From an uncultured Planctomycetaceae bacterium (lineage in GTDB: Bacteria > Planctomycetota > Phycisphaerae > SM23-33): DNA of 64,000 bases. This document shows positions 20,892 to 30,412 of this stretch, one piece after another. How positions within the stretch are numbered: position 1 is the stretch's first letter; each line of letters begins with the position of its first letter. The translations under genes were made by a program, and so were the position numbers. The DNA is taken from assembly GCA_964642855.1 (NCBI GenBank), contig CAZXSK010000010.1, positions 3,711 through 67,710 on the forward strand, written 5' to 3'. The notes beneath the pieces are model-generated. The model was given only the letters and a program-made list of their open reading frames with translations, had not been told where the DNA came from and did not search any database.

Positions 20892-23372
20892 CTACTTCTT
20901 CCGCCCTCGACCGCCCTTTCGCCTGCTGGCGGGCTTGCTCCGCGTCTTTCCCGCCCGGCCTTCCAGGGCGACATCGAGCACGTCGTCCACCGTCCGAACG
21001 AACCGGAAATCCAGCTTCTTCCGCACGTCCTCGGGGACATCCACCAGATCCTTGCGATTCCGCTCCGGCAGAATAACCCGCCTGATTCCCGCGCGTCGGG
21101 CGGCAAGGACTTTCTCCTTCACCCCGCCGATGGGCAAGACAACGCCACGCAACGTTACTTCGCCCGTCATGGCCACGTCGGCCAGGGCGGGAGTGTCCAT
21201 GAACAGGCTGGCCAGCGCGGTGAACATGGCCGTCCCGGCAGATGGCCCGTCCTTGGGCACCGCCCCGGCCGGAACGTGAATGTGCAGGTCGCTGCTGCCG
21301 AAACCGTCTCCATGGAGCCCCAGCGATTTGGCGCGGCTCTTGACGAGGCTCAACGCCGTCTGGGCCGATTCCTTCATGACATCGCCGATCTGCCCGGTCA
21401 GCAGCAAGCCGCCCTTGCCCGGATACCGCGTGGCCTCGACAAAGATGATTTCGCCACCCACCGGGGTGTACGCCAGGCCCGTCGCCACGCCGGGAACCGG
21501 ACTCCGCATCGCCAGTTCGCTTTCATATTTCGCCGGGCCAAGCAGTTGCTCCACCAGCTTCTCGTTGACGGTCCGACTCTTGGCCTTGCCCTCGGCGATC
21601 ATCGCAGCTACGCCGCGACACAGCGTGCCGATCTGCCGTTCCAACTCGCGCACTCCGGCTTCCCGCGTGTAGCGGTCGATAACAACCCTCAATGCCTTGT
21701 CATTGAACTTGATCTTCGAAGGCGTCAGGCCGTTCTCTTCCACCTGCCTGCCCACCAGGTAGCGCTTTGCGATGTGAAGCTTCTCGGCCTGGGTATAGCC
21801 GGGCAGTTCAATGACCTCCATGCGATCTCGAAGGGCCGGAGGAACCGGGGCCATATAGTTGGCCGTGCCGATAAAGACCACCTTGCTCAGGTCGAATGGC
21901 ACATTGAGATAGTGGTCCTGGAAGCTGGAATTCTGGGCGGGATCCAGCACCTCGAGCAACGCCGAAGTCGGGTCGCCCCGGAAATCCTGGCCGACCTTGT
22001 CCAGTTCGTCCAGCATGAAGACGGGGTTATTGGTTCCTGCCTTGCGCAACTCCTGGATGATCCGCCCGGGCATGGCGCCGATGTATGTTCTGCGGTGGCC
22101 ACGCAGTTCGGCTTCATCGCGCATTCCGCCCAGGCTCATGCGGATGAACTTCCGGCCCAGGGCGCGAGCGATGCTCCTGCCCAGCGACGTCTTGCCGACG
22201 CCCGGAGGGCCGACGAAACACAGGATCGGCCCGCGGGATTCCGGGGCCAGCTTCCGCACGGCGAGGTACTCCAGAATCCGGCGTTTGACTTTGTCGAGGT
22301 CGTAGTGGTCCTCGTCCAGGACCTTCCGAGCCAGATTCACATCCAGGCGGTCTTCGGACGACGTCGACCAGGGCAGCTCGCTGAGCACCTCCAGGTACGT
22401 GTGCGTCACGTTGTGATCCGGGGATGCGACCGGGATCTTCTCCAGGCGCCCCAGTTGCCGCCGGGCCTCCTGCAAGACGTTGTCCGGCATGCCCGATGCC
22501 TCGATCTGCTCGCGAAGCTCCTCGATTTCGGCCGACTGTTCGTCCTGCTCCCCGAGCTCCTTCTGGATCGCCTTGAGCTGCTCCTGGAGGTAGTACTCTC
22601 GCTGGGTCCTGTCGATCTTCTGCTTGACCTGAGACTGGATCTTGCTGGACAGTTCGAGAATCTCCAGTTGCTTCTGGAGTTCTTCATTGATCCCCACCAA
22701 CCGCTGCTGGACGGATAGCTCCTCGAGGAACTCCTGCCTTCGCCCGATGTCCATCTGCAGGTTCGAGGCAAGGAAATCGGCCAACGCTCCGGGATCCTCG
22801 AGATTCTCCAGCAGCATGTGGGCTTCGTCGGGGATGTTGGGAGCGAGGTCGATGACCCTCGACGCGACGTCGCGCGTTGTGACTTCCAATGCCTTCGCCC
22901 GCTTGGACGCGCTGTCCTGATCCTCAAGCACTTCGATCGTCGCGGTGAAGTACGGGTCGGTGGACAGCCATTCCTTGATTGCGATCCGGTTGAGCCCATG
23001 GACGATGACGCCCTGCTGATCGTCCTCAAGCTTCATCAGTTTGAGAATCGTCACGGCACAGCCAACGTCGTAGAGGTCCTCCGGGTCGGGCTCGTCGGTG
23101 TCCTGGTTCCTCTGGCAGACACAAGCAATGATCTTCTGACTGGGAAGAACACTGCTGACCAGTCGTCGGGATTTCTCCCGTGCCAGCGCGAGCGGAACCA
23201 CGGTGCCCGGGAACAACACCATGTTGCGCACGGGGAGCACCGCAACTTCGTTCGGCACCGAGACGAGCTCTCTCTGTTCCGTGGCTTGCGTCTCTGGCTT
23301 GTCGGGGATGATCACGACCTCTTCCGGGTCACCGTTGGTGATCGTCGGCTTTTCGGTCTTTTTGTCAGCCAT
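20892..23372 (-). CDS. lon: Lon protease
   Basis: LON N-domain, GPPGVGKT, PKDGPSAG catalytic Ser, GGVKEK catalytic Lys. Confidence 0.97.
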   Translation of the reverse strand: MADKKTEKPTITNGDPEEVVIIPDKPETQATEQRELVSVPNEVAVLPVRNMVLFPGTVVPLALAREKSRRLVSSVLPSQKIIACVCQRNQDTDEPDPEDLYDVGCAVTILKLMKLEDDQQGVIVHGLNRIAIKEWLSTDPYFTATIEVLEDQDSASKRAKALEVTTRDVASRVIDLAPNIPDEAHMLLENLEDPGALADFLASNLQMDIGRRQEFLEELSVQQRLVGINEELQKQLEILELSSKIQSQVKQKIDRTQREYYLQEQLKAIQKELGEQDEQSAEIEELREQIEASGMPDNVLQEARRQLGRLEKIPVASPDHNVTHTYLEVLSELPWSTSSEDRLDVNLARKVLDEDHYDLDKVKRRILEYLAVRKLAPESRGPILCFVGPPGVGKTSLGRSIARALGRKFIRMSLGGMRDEAELRGHRRTYIGAMPGRIIQELRKAGTNNPVFMLDELDKVGQDFRGDPTSALLEVLDPAQNSSFQDHYLNVPFDLSKVVFIGTANYMAPVPPALRDRMEVIELPGYTQAEKLHIAKRYLVGRQVEENGLTPSKIKFNDKALRVVIDRYTREAGVRELERQIGTLCRGVAAMIAEGKAKSRTVNEKLVEQLLGPAKYESELAMRSPVPGVATGLAYTPVGGEIIFVEATRYPGKGGLLLTGQIGDVMKESAQTALSLVKSRAKSLGLHGDGFGSSDLHIHVPAGAVPKDGPSAGTAMFTALASLFMDTPALADVAMTGEVTLRGVVLPIGGVKEKVLAARRAGIRRVILPERNRKDLVDVPEDVRKKLDFRFVRTVDDVLDVALEGRAGKTRSKPASRRKGGRGRKK

Positions 23373-23799
23373 GGTCTGCCAGACGTTTCTTGGGGATACG
23401 TACCGAGAGGAATCCGCCGCGGTAGGAAGCGGCGATATCGTCGGTGTCTGCATTCTCGGGCAGTTCCAGATTGCGGGAGAACTCGCCGTGGTCGATCTCC
23501 ATCATGTGCAGCCTCACCTGACCTTCCGCCGTGGGGGGTTTGGGCATCTCGCGCACTCCGCGGATGTCCAGCACGCCCCCGTCGGTCCGCAGGTCGATCC
23601 TCTTGACGTCGACACCGGCGAGGTCCACGATCACGTAGTAGCAGCACGCATCTTCATAAAGGTTGATCGCGGGCGACCAACTCTGGGCGGGAGTGTAGTG
23701 CCGGAAGGACGGACCAAGAACCTGGTCGACCCAGGCACTCATCTTCTTGGCCATGGAGGTGAACTCGTCTTCGTTTCGGTTTGCCAGAGACTGTTTCAT
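23365..23799 (-). CDS. Hsp20/alpha-crystallin family protein
   Basis: PAINLYE..VDLAGV..I.G.R..MEI.HG.FSR.LELP..I.ASY.GGFL.VRIPK; overlaps the lon start. Confidence 0.92.
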   Translation of the reverse strand: MKQSLANRNEDEFTSMAKKMSAWVDQVLGPSFRHYTPAQSWSPAINLYEDACCYYVIVDLAGVDVKRIDLRTDGGVLDIRGVREMPKPPTAEGQVRLHMMEIDHGEFSRNLELPENADTDDIAASYRGGFLSVRIPKKRLADHG

Positions 23800-23940
23800 C
23801 GCACCATCCCAGCATCAATGAGTGACCTGCCACGCAATCGGCCACGATGACCGGCCACGAGAAAATGGAAGCGACGGGCCCGGGCGACACCGGACCCGTC
23901 GCTTCCATTCTACCGGACTCCCGGGCCGTTGGGAACCGCC

Positions 23941-25467
23941 CTACTTCTCAGGCGTCAGCAGAACGAACCGCTTCGAGCCGGATGGATCCATCACGCGAAG
24001 GATCAGTCCGCCGTCGGAATCGGCGATCGCGTCCCGCAGATCCTCGGTGTCCTTGATTGGCTTCTTGTCTGCCTCGAAGATTACCAACCCACGGCGCAGG
24101 CCACGGTCGGCGGCGTCGGAACCTCTTTCCACGCCCGTAATCAGCACGCCACCGGTGTCGTCGTTGTAGCCGTATTCTTTCGCAAGCTCCGGCGTGAGGG
24201 TACGGACCTCCAGGCCCAGCTTCTCGAACTGGTCGGGCTGGTCCGGCGTCTGCACGCCCTCGCGAGCGGCGGTCCACATGTCCTTGGGCTGTTCGTCGAT
24301 GGTGACCTTCACGGTCTGCTTCTCGCCGTCCCGGTAGATCACGAACGGATAGGTTTGGTTCGGCTTGAGGACGGCTACCTCGTTGCGGAGATCGTTGCTG
24401 TTGGCGATTTCATTGCCGTTGACCGACACGATGAAGTCTCCGGGGCGCAGTTCCGCCTTGTCAGCGGGACTTCCCTCCACCACCTGGTGAATGAGCGAAC
24501 CCTTCGTGGTGGGGATATCAAACTTCTTGGCGAAGCGCTCGTCGATATCGTCGATCCGCACGCCCAGGTACCCCCGTACCACCCTGCCCGTCGAGACCAG
24601 TTGGTCCATCACGTTCCTGGCCATGTTCGACGGAATCGACAGGCCGATCCCTTCGTTCACTCCGGTGCGCGAAACGATGGCTGTGTTGATGCCAATGACC
24701 TGGCCTTTCATGTTCACCAGCGGACCGCCCGAGTTGCCGTGGTTGATCGCCGCGTCGGTCTGGAGGAAATCCTGGTACTTCTGGCCGTTGGTGGTCCTGC
24801 CCTTGGCGGAGATGATCCCCGCGGTAACCGTCTGGTGCAGGCCCTCGGGCGACCCGATCGCCAGCACCCAGTCTCCGACGGCCATTTTGTCGCTGTCTCC
24901 CAGGGGCGCGCTGATCAGGCGGTCTGGCTTGATCTTCACGATCGCCAGATCCGTGGGCGGATCGGACCGAACCCACTCGGCCTGGATCTTGCGACCGTCG
25001 TGCAGAACCACCTCGATGTCATCGGACTTGGCGCCCTGCACGACGTGATGGTTCGTGAGGATGAAGCCTTTCTCGCTGTCGACGATCACGCCGCTTCCGA
25101 GGCCACGCTGGATGAACTCACGCTCGCGCGGCACCTGGGGCATGTCCTCTTCGTTCCCGCCGAACGGCCAGTTGTCCTGGAAACGGCCAAACGGCCCGCT
25201 CTGGGGGACGCGCACTTTCTTGGCGACCTGCACCTCCACCACGGCAGGCCTGACGACACGAGACACCGTCCGAAACAGCTTGGACATCGTGTCGTATTCG
25301 CCCACGTCGCGGAGCATCTCACGGTCGGCGTCGTTGCGGGCCGCCTGGGCGGCAAAGGCCACCCGATGGGCGACCATCGGGCCGAGGAGGAATCCGAGCA
25401 TCAGCACGGCCACGACGACTACGACGGGTATCAGAACGGTCGATGCGATCATTCTCTGATGGTTCAT
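23941..25467 (-). CDS. Do/DegQ (HtrA) family serine protease with two PDZ domains
   Basis: GLGSGVI, TNHHVV, DLAIVK, QTDAAINHGNSGGPL triad; two PDZ domains. Confidence 0.95.
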   Translation of the reverse strand: MNHQRMIASTVLIPVVVVVAVLMLGFLLGPMVAHRVAFAAQAARNDADREMLRDVGEYDTMSKLFRTVSRVVRPAVVEVQVAKKVRVPQSGPFGRFQDNWPFGGNEEDMPQVPREREFIQRGLGSGVIVDSEKGFILTNHHVVQGAKSDDIEVVLHDGRKIQAEWVRSDPPTDLAIVKIKPDRLISAPLGDSDKMAVGDWVLAIGSPEGLHQTVTAGIISAKGRTTNGQKYQDFLQTDAAINHGNSGGPLVNMKGQVIGINTAIVSRTGVNEGIGLSIPSNMARNVMDQLVSTGRVVRGYLGVRIDDIDERFAKKFDIPTTKGSLIHQVVEGSPADKAELRPGDFIVSVNGNEIANSNDLRNEVAVLKPNQTYPFVIYRDGEKQTVKVTIDEQPKDMWTAAREGVQTPDQPDQFEKLGLEVRTLTPELAKEYGYNDDTGGVLITGVERGSDAADRGLRRGLVIFEADKKPIKDTEDLRDAIADSDGGLILRVMDPSGSKRFVLLTPEK

Positions 25468-25709
25468 AGGCGGACTCCCTATTGATGGACCTGCCAGCTT
25501 TGCTCTCCCTGGCTGGCGACATCGTATGTATTCTATCGGTTGAGATCCGGAATCTTCTGTACGGATCAGGAACACAGAAGGTTTGGTCTTTGTTCCTCGT
25601 TTCCTCCTGAGCCTTCCGCCAGAATCCCCAGCGCAGACAGACAGCCCGGGCTTGGCGATCGCTGCGCGGAACCGGCTGGCAGCCATTGGTCCAACGGCCC
25701 GGCTACGCT

Positions 25710-26612
25710 CTAGCCCGTCAGCACGCGCGACCTGCGCAGCGTATGGAGCACCAGCCGCTCGAAGGGCTGGTCCGTGCGAGCGGAGACATACGTAGCCCCC
25801 CGGGATGAGCAGGTGCGACGTGCTCCGGCAATGAGGTCCTCGAACGTCCGGCGATAGGCGTGTCGAAGATCGGGCGTGACATCGACGGTCATCCGGTCAC
25901 CGGTTTCGGCGGACTCCAGTTCGGACGCACCCTCGATAGGGGGCTCGGCGTCCGCGGGTGAAACCAGGTGCACAAGCGTGGTCTGCCAGTTCCGCCCGGC
26001 AAGCAGTGCAAGGCCGTCGGACAGATCCTCGCTGCAGTCCAGCAGATCGGTGATGATCAGCGCCGTACCCGGGGCCTCCGAAGCGCGGGCAAACCGATGC
26101 AGGCACTGACCGAGGTCCGTCCTGCCTCCAGCCTGGAGCTGCGAGAGGTACTCCAGCACCGACAGCAACTGCGACTGATCCCTGCCGCAGTTCATCGGGT
26201 TCCGCAGGTCGTCAGCAAATGGCTGGAGCGCGACGCGGTCGAGACCGGCCATGGCCACGAATGCCAGCGCCGCAGCGGTGCGAAGGGCGTAGTTGAGCTT
26301 CTCCCCGCCGTCCTGGCCGGCATTCATGGAGCCCGAGACGTCCAGCAGAATCGCCACCCTTGCGTCGCTGTGCTCGTGGAAGAGCCGCAGCAACAGCTTC
26401 TCCATCCGGGCATAGTACGGCCAGTCGACAAACCGTACGTCGTCGCCGGGGGCATAGTCGCGATGGTCGGCGAACTCCTGCCCATCGCCCATCCTCAGCG
26501 AGCGCCTCGATCCGCCCTGCCCGGCGGCAACCATCCGCTTGGCGACCAGCCTCAGGCGCTCCAGCCGGGCAATGAACGCCTCGTCGAACAGTTCGCGATG
26601 CCGATTACTCAC
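25710..26612 (-). CDS. DUF58 domain (vWA-like) protein
   Basis: G.G.EFADHRDY.PGDD.R.VDW..YAR..KL..R.F; ILLDVSGSM; GTG start overlapping the upstream stop. Confidence 0.88.
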   Translation of the reverse strand: MSNRHRELFDEAFIARLERLRLVAKRMVAAGQGGSRRSLRMGDGQEFADHRDYAPGDDVRFVDWPYYARMEKLLLRLFHEHSDARVAILLDVSGSMNAGQDGGEKLNYALRTAAALAFVAMAGLDRVALQPFADDLRNPMNCGRDQSQLLSVLEYLSQLQAGGRTDLGQCLHRFARASEAPGTALIITDLLDCSEDLSDGLALLAGRNWQTTLVHLVSPADAEPPIEGASELESAETGDRMTVDVTPDLRHAYRRTFEDLIAGARRTCSSRGATYVSARTDQPFERLVLHTLRRSRVLTG

Positions 26613-27318
26613 CGGTGATCTCCTGCTCCTTCTCGAAGAGCATCCGCCCCAACTCGGCCGGGGATTCAGCCTCCATGAGTTCGGCAACGAACCGATCGTC
26701 GTGAAGAATCTGAGCGGTCCGGGCAAGTACATGCAGGTGCGTCCGGTCGTCCTTGCAGCAGATCAGGAAGAACAGCCTCGTAAGGGAGCCATCTTCGGCC
26801 CCGAACGGAATGCCGCTGGGTGTCAGGCCGACTACCACGAAACTGTCGGCGATATCATAGGGCACGGGGTGCCTTGGATGGGGCATCGCCACGCCGGGGA
26901 CCATGGCCGTCGAGCAAAGTTCCTCGCGGCTGCGTATTTCGTTGAGCAGCTCATCCCTGACATACACCAGGTCGTTGAGTTCGGCCAGGTCCACCAAAGC
27001 CCGGATCGCGGCCTCTCGGGTCTTGGCGACCATCGGAACACCGATGCCCTTGCCCGGGATCAGCTCGTTGACGAGCATCCGTTCGTACGGGAAGCCGTGA
27101 TGCAGCGAGACGCCTCTCTCGATCCTTGCCAGCTCTTCGGGGTCGAGCTCGGGCATGCGTGTCTCGACCCAGTGGTCGATCGCGCTCTTGGTGAAGACAA
27201 ACTCTCCCCCCACCCGCCTGCAGGGGATCTTGTCGCGTGAGGCCAGTTTGCGGACCTCTCGAAGGTCCATGTGAAGATACGCTGCGACCTGGCGTTCATC
27301 CATCTGCTCGTGTGGCAT
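26605..27318 (-). CDS. PTS EIIA domain protein with N-terminal excisionase-type HTH
   Basis: QVAAYLHM..V.KLA..IPC.RVGGE..F..SAID.W, then IRSRE..ST..GVAMPHPR with the phospho-His. Confidence 0.88.
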   Translation of the reverse strand: MPHEQMDERQVAAYLHMDLREVRKLASRDKIPCRRVGGEFVFTKSAIDHWVETRMPELDPEELARIERGVSLHHGFPYERMLVNELIPGKGIGVPMVAKTREAAIRALVDLAELNDLVYVRDELLNEIRSREELCSTAMVPGVAMPHPRHPVPYDIADSFVVVGLTPSGIPFGAEDGSLTRLFFLICCKDDRTHLHVLARTAQILHDDRFVAELMEAESPAELGRMLFEKEQEITGE

Positions 27319-27591
27319 GGATCGGATTCCTTCAGAACTCACGGGGGCGCTATCTGATGCTATCTGCGAAAGAGTAGTTCCACAAGTCTCGGCTGGGGTG
27401 CCTGCGGGGACATTCCCTTGTGTCCGTCGGCCCGCAATGCCGATCAGATATCCAGGCGGGCCCCTGGGGGCCTCCGGCCGGGAAGCGGACGAGGGTTTGA
27501 CTCTAGCCTTTCGGCGGCATACATTTAGAAGTAGCGGGGGCGACTCGCTCGCCGCTGGGAAATCCGCATGTCTTGTCGTAAGGAGTTGGCA

Positions 27592-28623
27592 ATGGCCGAT
27601 CACGCAGGCCGCTTCATCTGGGTGACCCGATTCGCCCGCGTAACGATGATCCTCACGCTGGTGGTTCTTGCGGCAGCATTCATTGCGGGCGTCGCAACCA
27701 CCGTGGTAGGCCTGATCGACTGGGACTCGGGCGAGACAGAGTTTTACTGGGGGGCTGCGATGGCTCTCGGCTCGCTCGTGGCAGCCGTGTGGACCATTCT
27801 GTTGTACGGAGTGATCGTGGCTGTGATCGCCAACGAAGTGGCCGTTGCATCGGCGGCCAGCCGCCTCCGACGGATCGAATCGCTGACGGGGGAAGTCCAC
27901 ACCGATACGGCCAAGCTTGCGGATCTCTCGCAGTTGTCGGACCAGGCCAAGAGCCTGATCTTCCGGGAGCGTGAAGTCGAGGCGTTCCGGGAGTCGATTC
28001 ATGCCGACCTGATGCGCCAGGACTACAAGACGGCCGAGGCGTTGGCCGACGCTGTGGAAAGCCGCTTTGGGTACATCGAGGAGGCCTCGCGGCTTCGACA
28101 GGAGATCGAGGAGTCCCGCAAAGCGACCCTTCAGGAGAAGATAGACGCCGCGATCGAGCGGATCGACTCGATCCTGGCTCGACGCGACTGGGCCCAGGCC
28201 TTGCGTGAAGCCAACCGCATCATCAAGCTGTTCCCGGATAACGAGAAGGTCTCTTCGCTGCCCCAGCGGATCGAAGAGGCCCGCAACGATCACAAGCGCA
28301 GACTGCTCCAGCAGTACGGGGAGGCGGTTCGAAGAAATGACGTAGACCGGGGCATTGAGCTCCTGCAGGAACTGGACCTGTACCTGACTCCTCAGGAAGC
28401 TGCCGCCCTGGAAGAATCCGCCCGCGGTGTGTTCCGGGCCAAACTCCACAACCTCGGCGTTCAGTTTGCCATCTCGGTGACCGACGCACGCTGGGCAGAA
28501 GCCATCGCCACCGGCGAGCAGATCATCAACGAGTATCCCAACACGCGCATGGCCGCCGAGGTGCGCGAGAAGATGGATCAACTCCGAGCGCGGGCCGGCA
28601 TCGAAAAGGGCAAGCAAGGCTAG
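27592..28623 (+). CDS. Conserved hypothetical membrane-anchored helical (coiled-coil/TPR-like) protein
   Basis: Two N-terminal TM helices, charged helical remainder; AAGGAG RBS. Confidence 0.75.
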   Translation: MADHAGRFIWVTRFARVTMILTLVVLAAAFIAGVATTVVGLIDWDSGETEFYWGAAMALGSLVAAVWTILLYGVIVAVIANEVAVASAASRLRRIESLTGEVHTDTAKLADLSQLSDQAKSLIFREREVEAFRESIHADLMRQDYKTAEALADAVESRFGYIEEASRLRQEIEESRKATLQEKIDAAIERIDSILARRDWAQALREANRIIKLFPDNEKVSSLPQRIEEARNDHKRRLLQQYGEAVRRNDVDRGIELLQELDLYLTPQEAAALEESARGVFRAKLHNLGVQFAISVTDARWAEAIATGEQIINEYPNTRMAAEVREKMDQLRARAGIEKGKQG

Positions 28624-28706
28624 GCCGGTTCGCCCGACTCCCGGCTCCGGCATGTGGAGGCTGCTCCGACAGCTTCCGGCCGTTTGCTGCGGGCGTGCAG
28701 TTGACC

Positions 28707-29081
28707 CTATCTCTTGCGGCTGCGGCGTCGGGCCCGACGGATGTCAACGCTTCCGGGTGACCCCTTGGACTGAGAGTTGTGAACCCGAAGTTTCTTTCCC
28801 GGGGGTTGTTTACGCACCCACGCGATGAAACGGGCAATTCCCGGATGGCCCAGAAGAGCTTCCCGCGTGTTGTATTCGCGCTCGAGTTCCTTCTCGGTCA
28901 GGTTGGCATGGATCGTCTTATGGCATGGCCAGCAGACCATCAGCAGCTTCTCTCTGACCTCCCGACGGTCGAACTCGCGTTTGTTTCTCCGATTGCTGTG
29001 ACGCATGCGCGGAATCAGGTGGTGTTTGGTCAATCGGGGGACGCACCGACCACAGAGCTCGCATCGATCCTCGGAAGTCAT
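28707..29081 (-). CDS. HNH endonuclease-like protein (YisB-like)
   Basis: CELC..LTKHHLIP..VC.PCH..IH..L...EL...YNT.E.L...P.I..F..WV.K. Confidence 0.8.
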   Translation of the reverse strand: MTSEDRCELCGRCVPRLTKHHLIPRMRHSNRRNKREFDRREVREKLLMVCWPCHKTIHANLTEKELEREYNTREALLGHPGIARFIAWVRKQPPGKKLRVHNSQSKGSPGSVDIRRARRRSRKR

Positions 29082-29089
29082 CGCCCGTC

Positions 29090-29098
29090 AGTATAGCA
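29090..29098 (-). promoter_or_regulatory. Extended -10 promoter for the HNH gene (leaderless or near-leaderless)
   Basis: TGCTATACT 8 nt upstream of ATG 29081. Confidence 0.6.
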
Positions 29099-29361
29099 GA
29101 TCTCGTTCGGATCCCGACCGTGCTGTCACATTCAACGCCCTGCCGGCGGGTAATGCCTGCCGACTGATGGAATGCAGAACGGCCAACCAGGCTCGACGGG
29201 AAGGCAGCACAAGCAGAGGCCCATGCACTTCTCCTTTGGCGATAATTCTTCTCGTCTTTTCTGGTTTTTCCGATTCCGCAGGGAACAATTTCGTCCCCGG
29301 AGACGTATCGATAGTTGAAGAGTTTTCCTAAGGGAAGACGTTGCCTTCGGAGGTACCGGAA

Positions 29362-29550
29362 ATGGCAAGTCACAATATACACAAGACCGTTGCGACCATT
29401 CTCGCACGAACCACCAAACTGCTTTGCGCAACACCGTCTGCCAGGACAGATGACAACTTCGTGCGGGTTCCTGTTCTTGATATGGAATCCAAAGTCCCGG
29501 TACCCGTGCCCGTTCACGCGTCTCATCGTCCGGATGACGCTTCATTCTGA
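29362..29550 (+). CDS. Small hypothetical protein (62 aa)
   Basis: GGAGG RBS 8 nt before the ATG; followed by a strong terminator. Confidence 0.5.
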   Translation: MASHNIHKTVATILARTTKLLCATPSARTDDNFVRVPVLDMESKVPVPVPVHASHRPDDASF

Positions 29551-29580
29551 TCCGAACCGTTCCGCCCTTGACTGCGCATT

Positions 29581-29621
29581 GCAACGGCCGGCGCCTTTCG
29601 AGTCGCCGGCCGTTGCGTTTT
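29581..29621 (+). terminator. Intrinsic terminator (possibly bidirectional)
   Basis: 13-bp perfect stem GCAACGGCCGGCG/CGCCGGCCGTTGC followed by GTTTTG. Confidence 0.75.
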
Positions 29622-29665
29622 GTATCTGCCATGAGCCCGCCGTCACAGGCATGATTGCAGCCGTC

Positions 29666-30412
29666 TCAGTCTTTCATGCTGACCTTCCGTTTCGGGCCAG
29701 GCCGGCCTCCGATTCGCTTGCGCTTCTTCCGTCTCCTGCCCGGTTGCGGCAGGTCAGGCTTGGGGATGCGTACCGGGTGTTCTTCGACGGTTTTCAGGGC
29801 GCTCTTGGCGGTGGGGGCGAACAGGTCGGCCCGAACTTCGTCGGCCAGGCCCTCTGCGCGGTTGAATACCCCGCCGGTTACCAGGATCTGCATGTCCTCA
29901 CAGACACCGACTTCGCGAATCATGTCAATGAGCTTCCGGCTACCGGGAACGCCCTCGGGCTTGGTGCCGTAGATCACCAGCAGGTCCGGCTCCAGGTCGC
30001 CGACAAATTGCAGGATCTCGTCGTTGGGAACACCCGCCCCGATGAACCACACACTCCAGCCGACCGCCTCGAACAGGTCGCACAGGATCTGGGCACCGAG
30101 TTCCTCAATCTCACCGTCGCCGCAACTGACGACCATGCGCTGGCCTGTCTTGGGGTCTCGGGCAAGGAACATGTGCAACTGATCGGCGATCATGCGGTTG
30201 ATCCGCGTGGCCATGTGCTCGCTAAGCCGCGAGATGTGGTTCTCTCGATAGAGCTTCTCAACCTGCTCCATGGCCGGCCAGATGATGGAGGTCAGCAGTT
30301 TCTTTGCAGGGGTTCCCCGGTCCTGTGCCGCAAAGATCAGTTCTCTGGCCTGGCAGCGTTTGCCTGCGAAAAGGTGTTCGAGGTACTGCTTGAAGAGTTC
30401 AGCGATGGTCAT
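29666..30412 (-). CDS. Cobalamin-binding (B12-binding_2 + B12-binding) domain protein, CarH-like sensor without HTH
   Basis: Cap domain ..PAMEQV..LY..ISRLSEHMAT; Rossmann domain GEIEELG..GW.V.FIGAGVP. Confidence 0.8.
   Translation of the reverse strand: MTIAELFKQYLEHLFAGKRCQARELIFAAQDRGTPAKKLLTSIIWPAMEQVEKLYRENHISRLSEHMATRINRMIADQLHMFLARDPKTGQRMVVSCGDGEIEELGAQILCDLFEAVGWSVWFIGAGVPNDEILQFVGDLEPDLLVIYGTKPEGVPGSRKLIDMIREVGVCEDMQILVTGGVFNRAEGLADEVRADLFAPTAKSALKTVEEHPVRIPKPDLPQPGRRRKKRKRIGGRPGPKRKVSMKD

Noticed and set aside
21276-25485. Plus-strand ORFs of 480 and 518 aa
   Set aside because: Shadows of lon and the HtrA protease.
27319-28653. N-terminal 445-aa extension of the 26605-28653 ORF
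   Set aside because: Antisense to the 27592-28623 gene; the real HTH-EIIA protein starts at ATG 27318.
28918-29632. Minus-strand ORFs 28918-29526 and 29132-29632
   Set aside because: No RBS or domain motifs; they overlap the HNH gene, the promoter region and the terminator hairpin.
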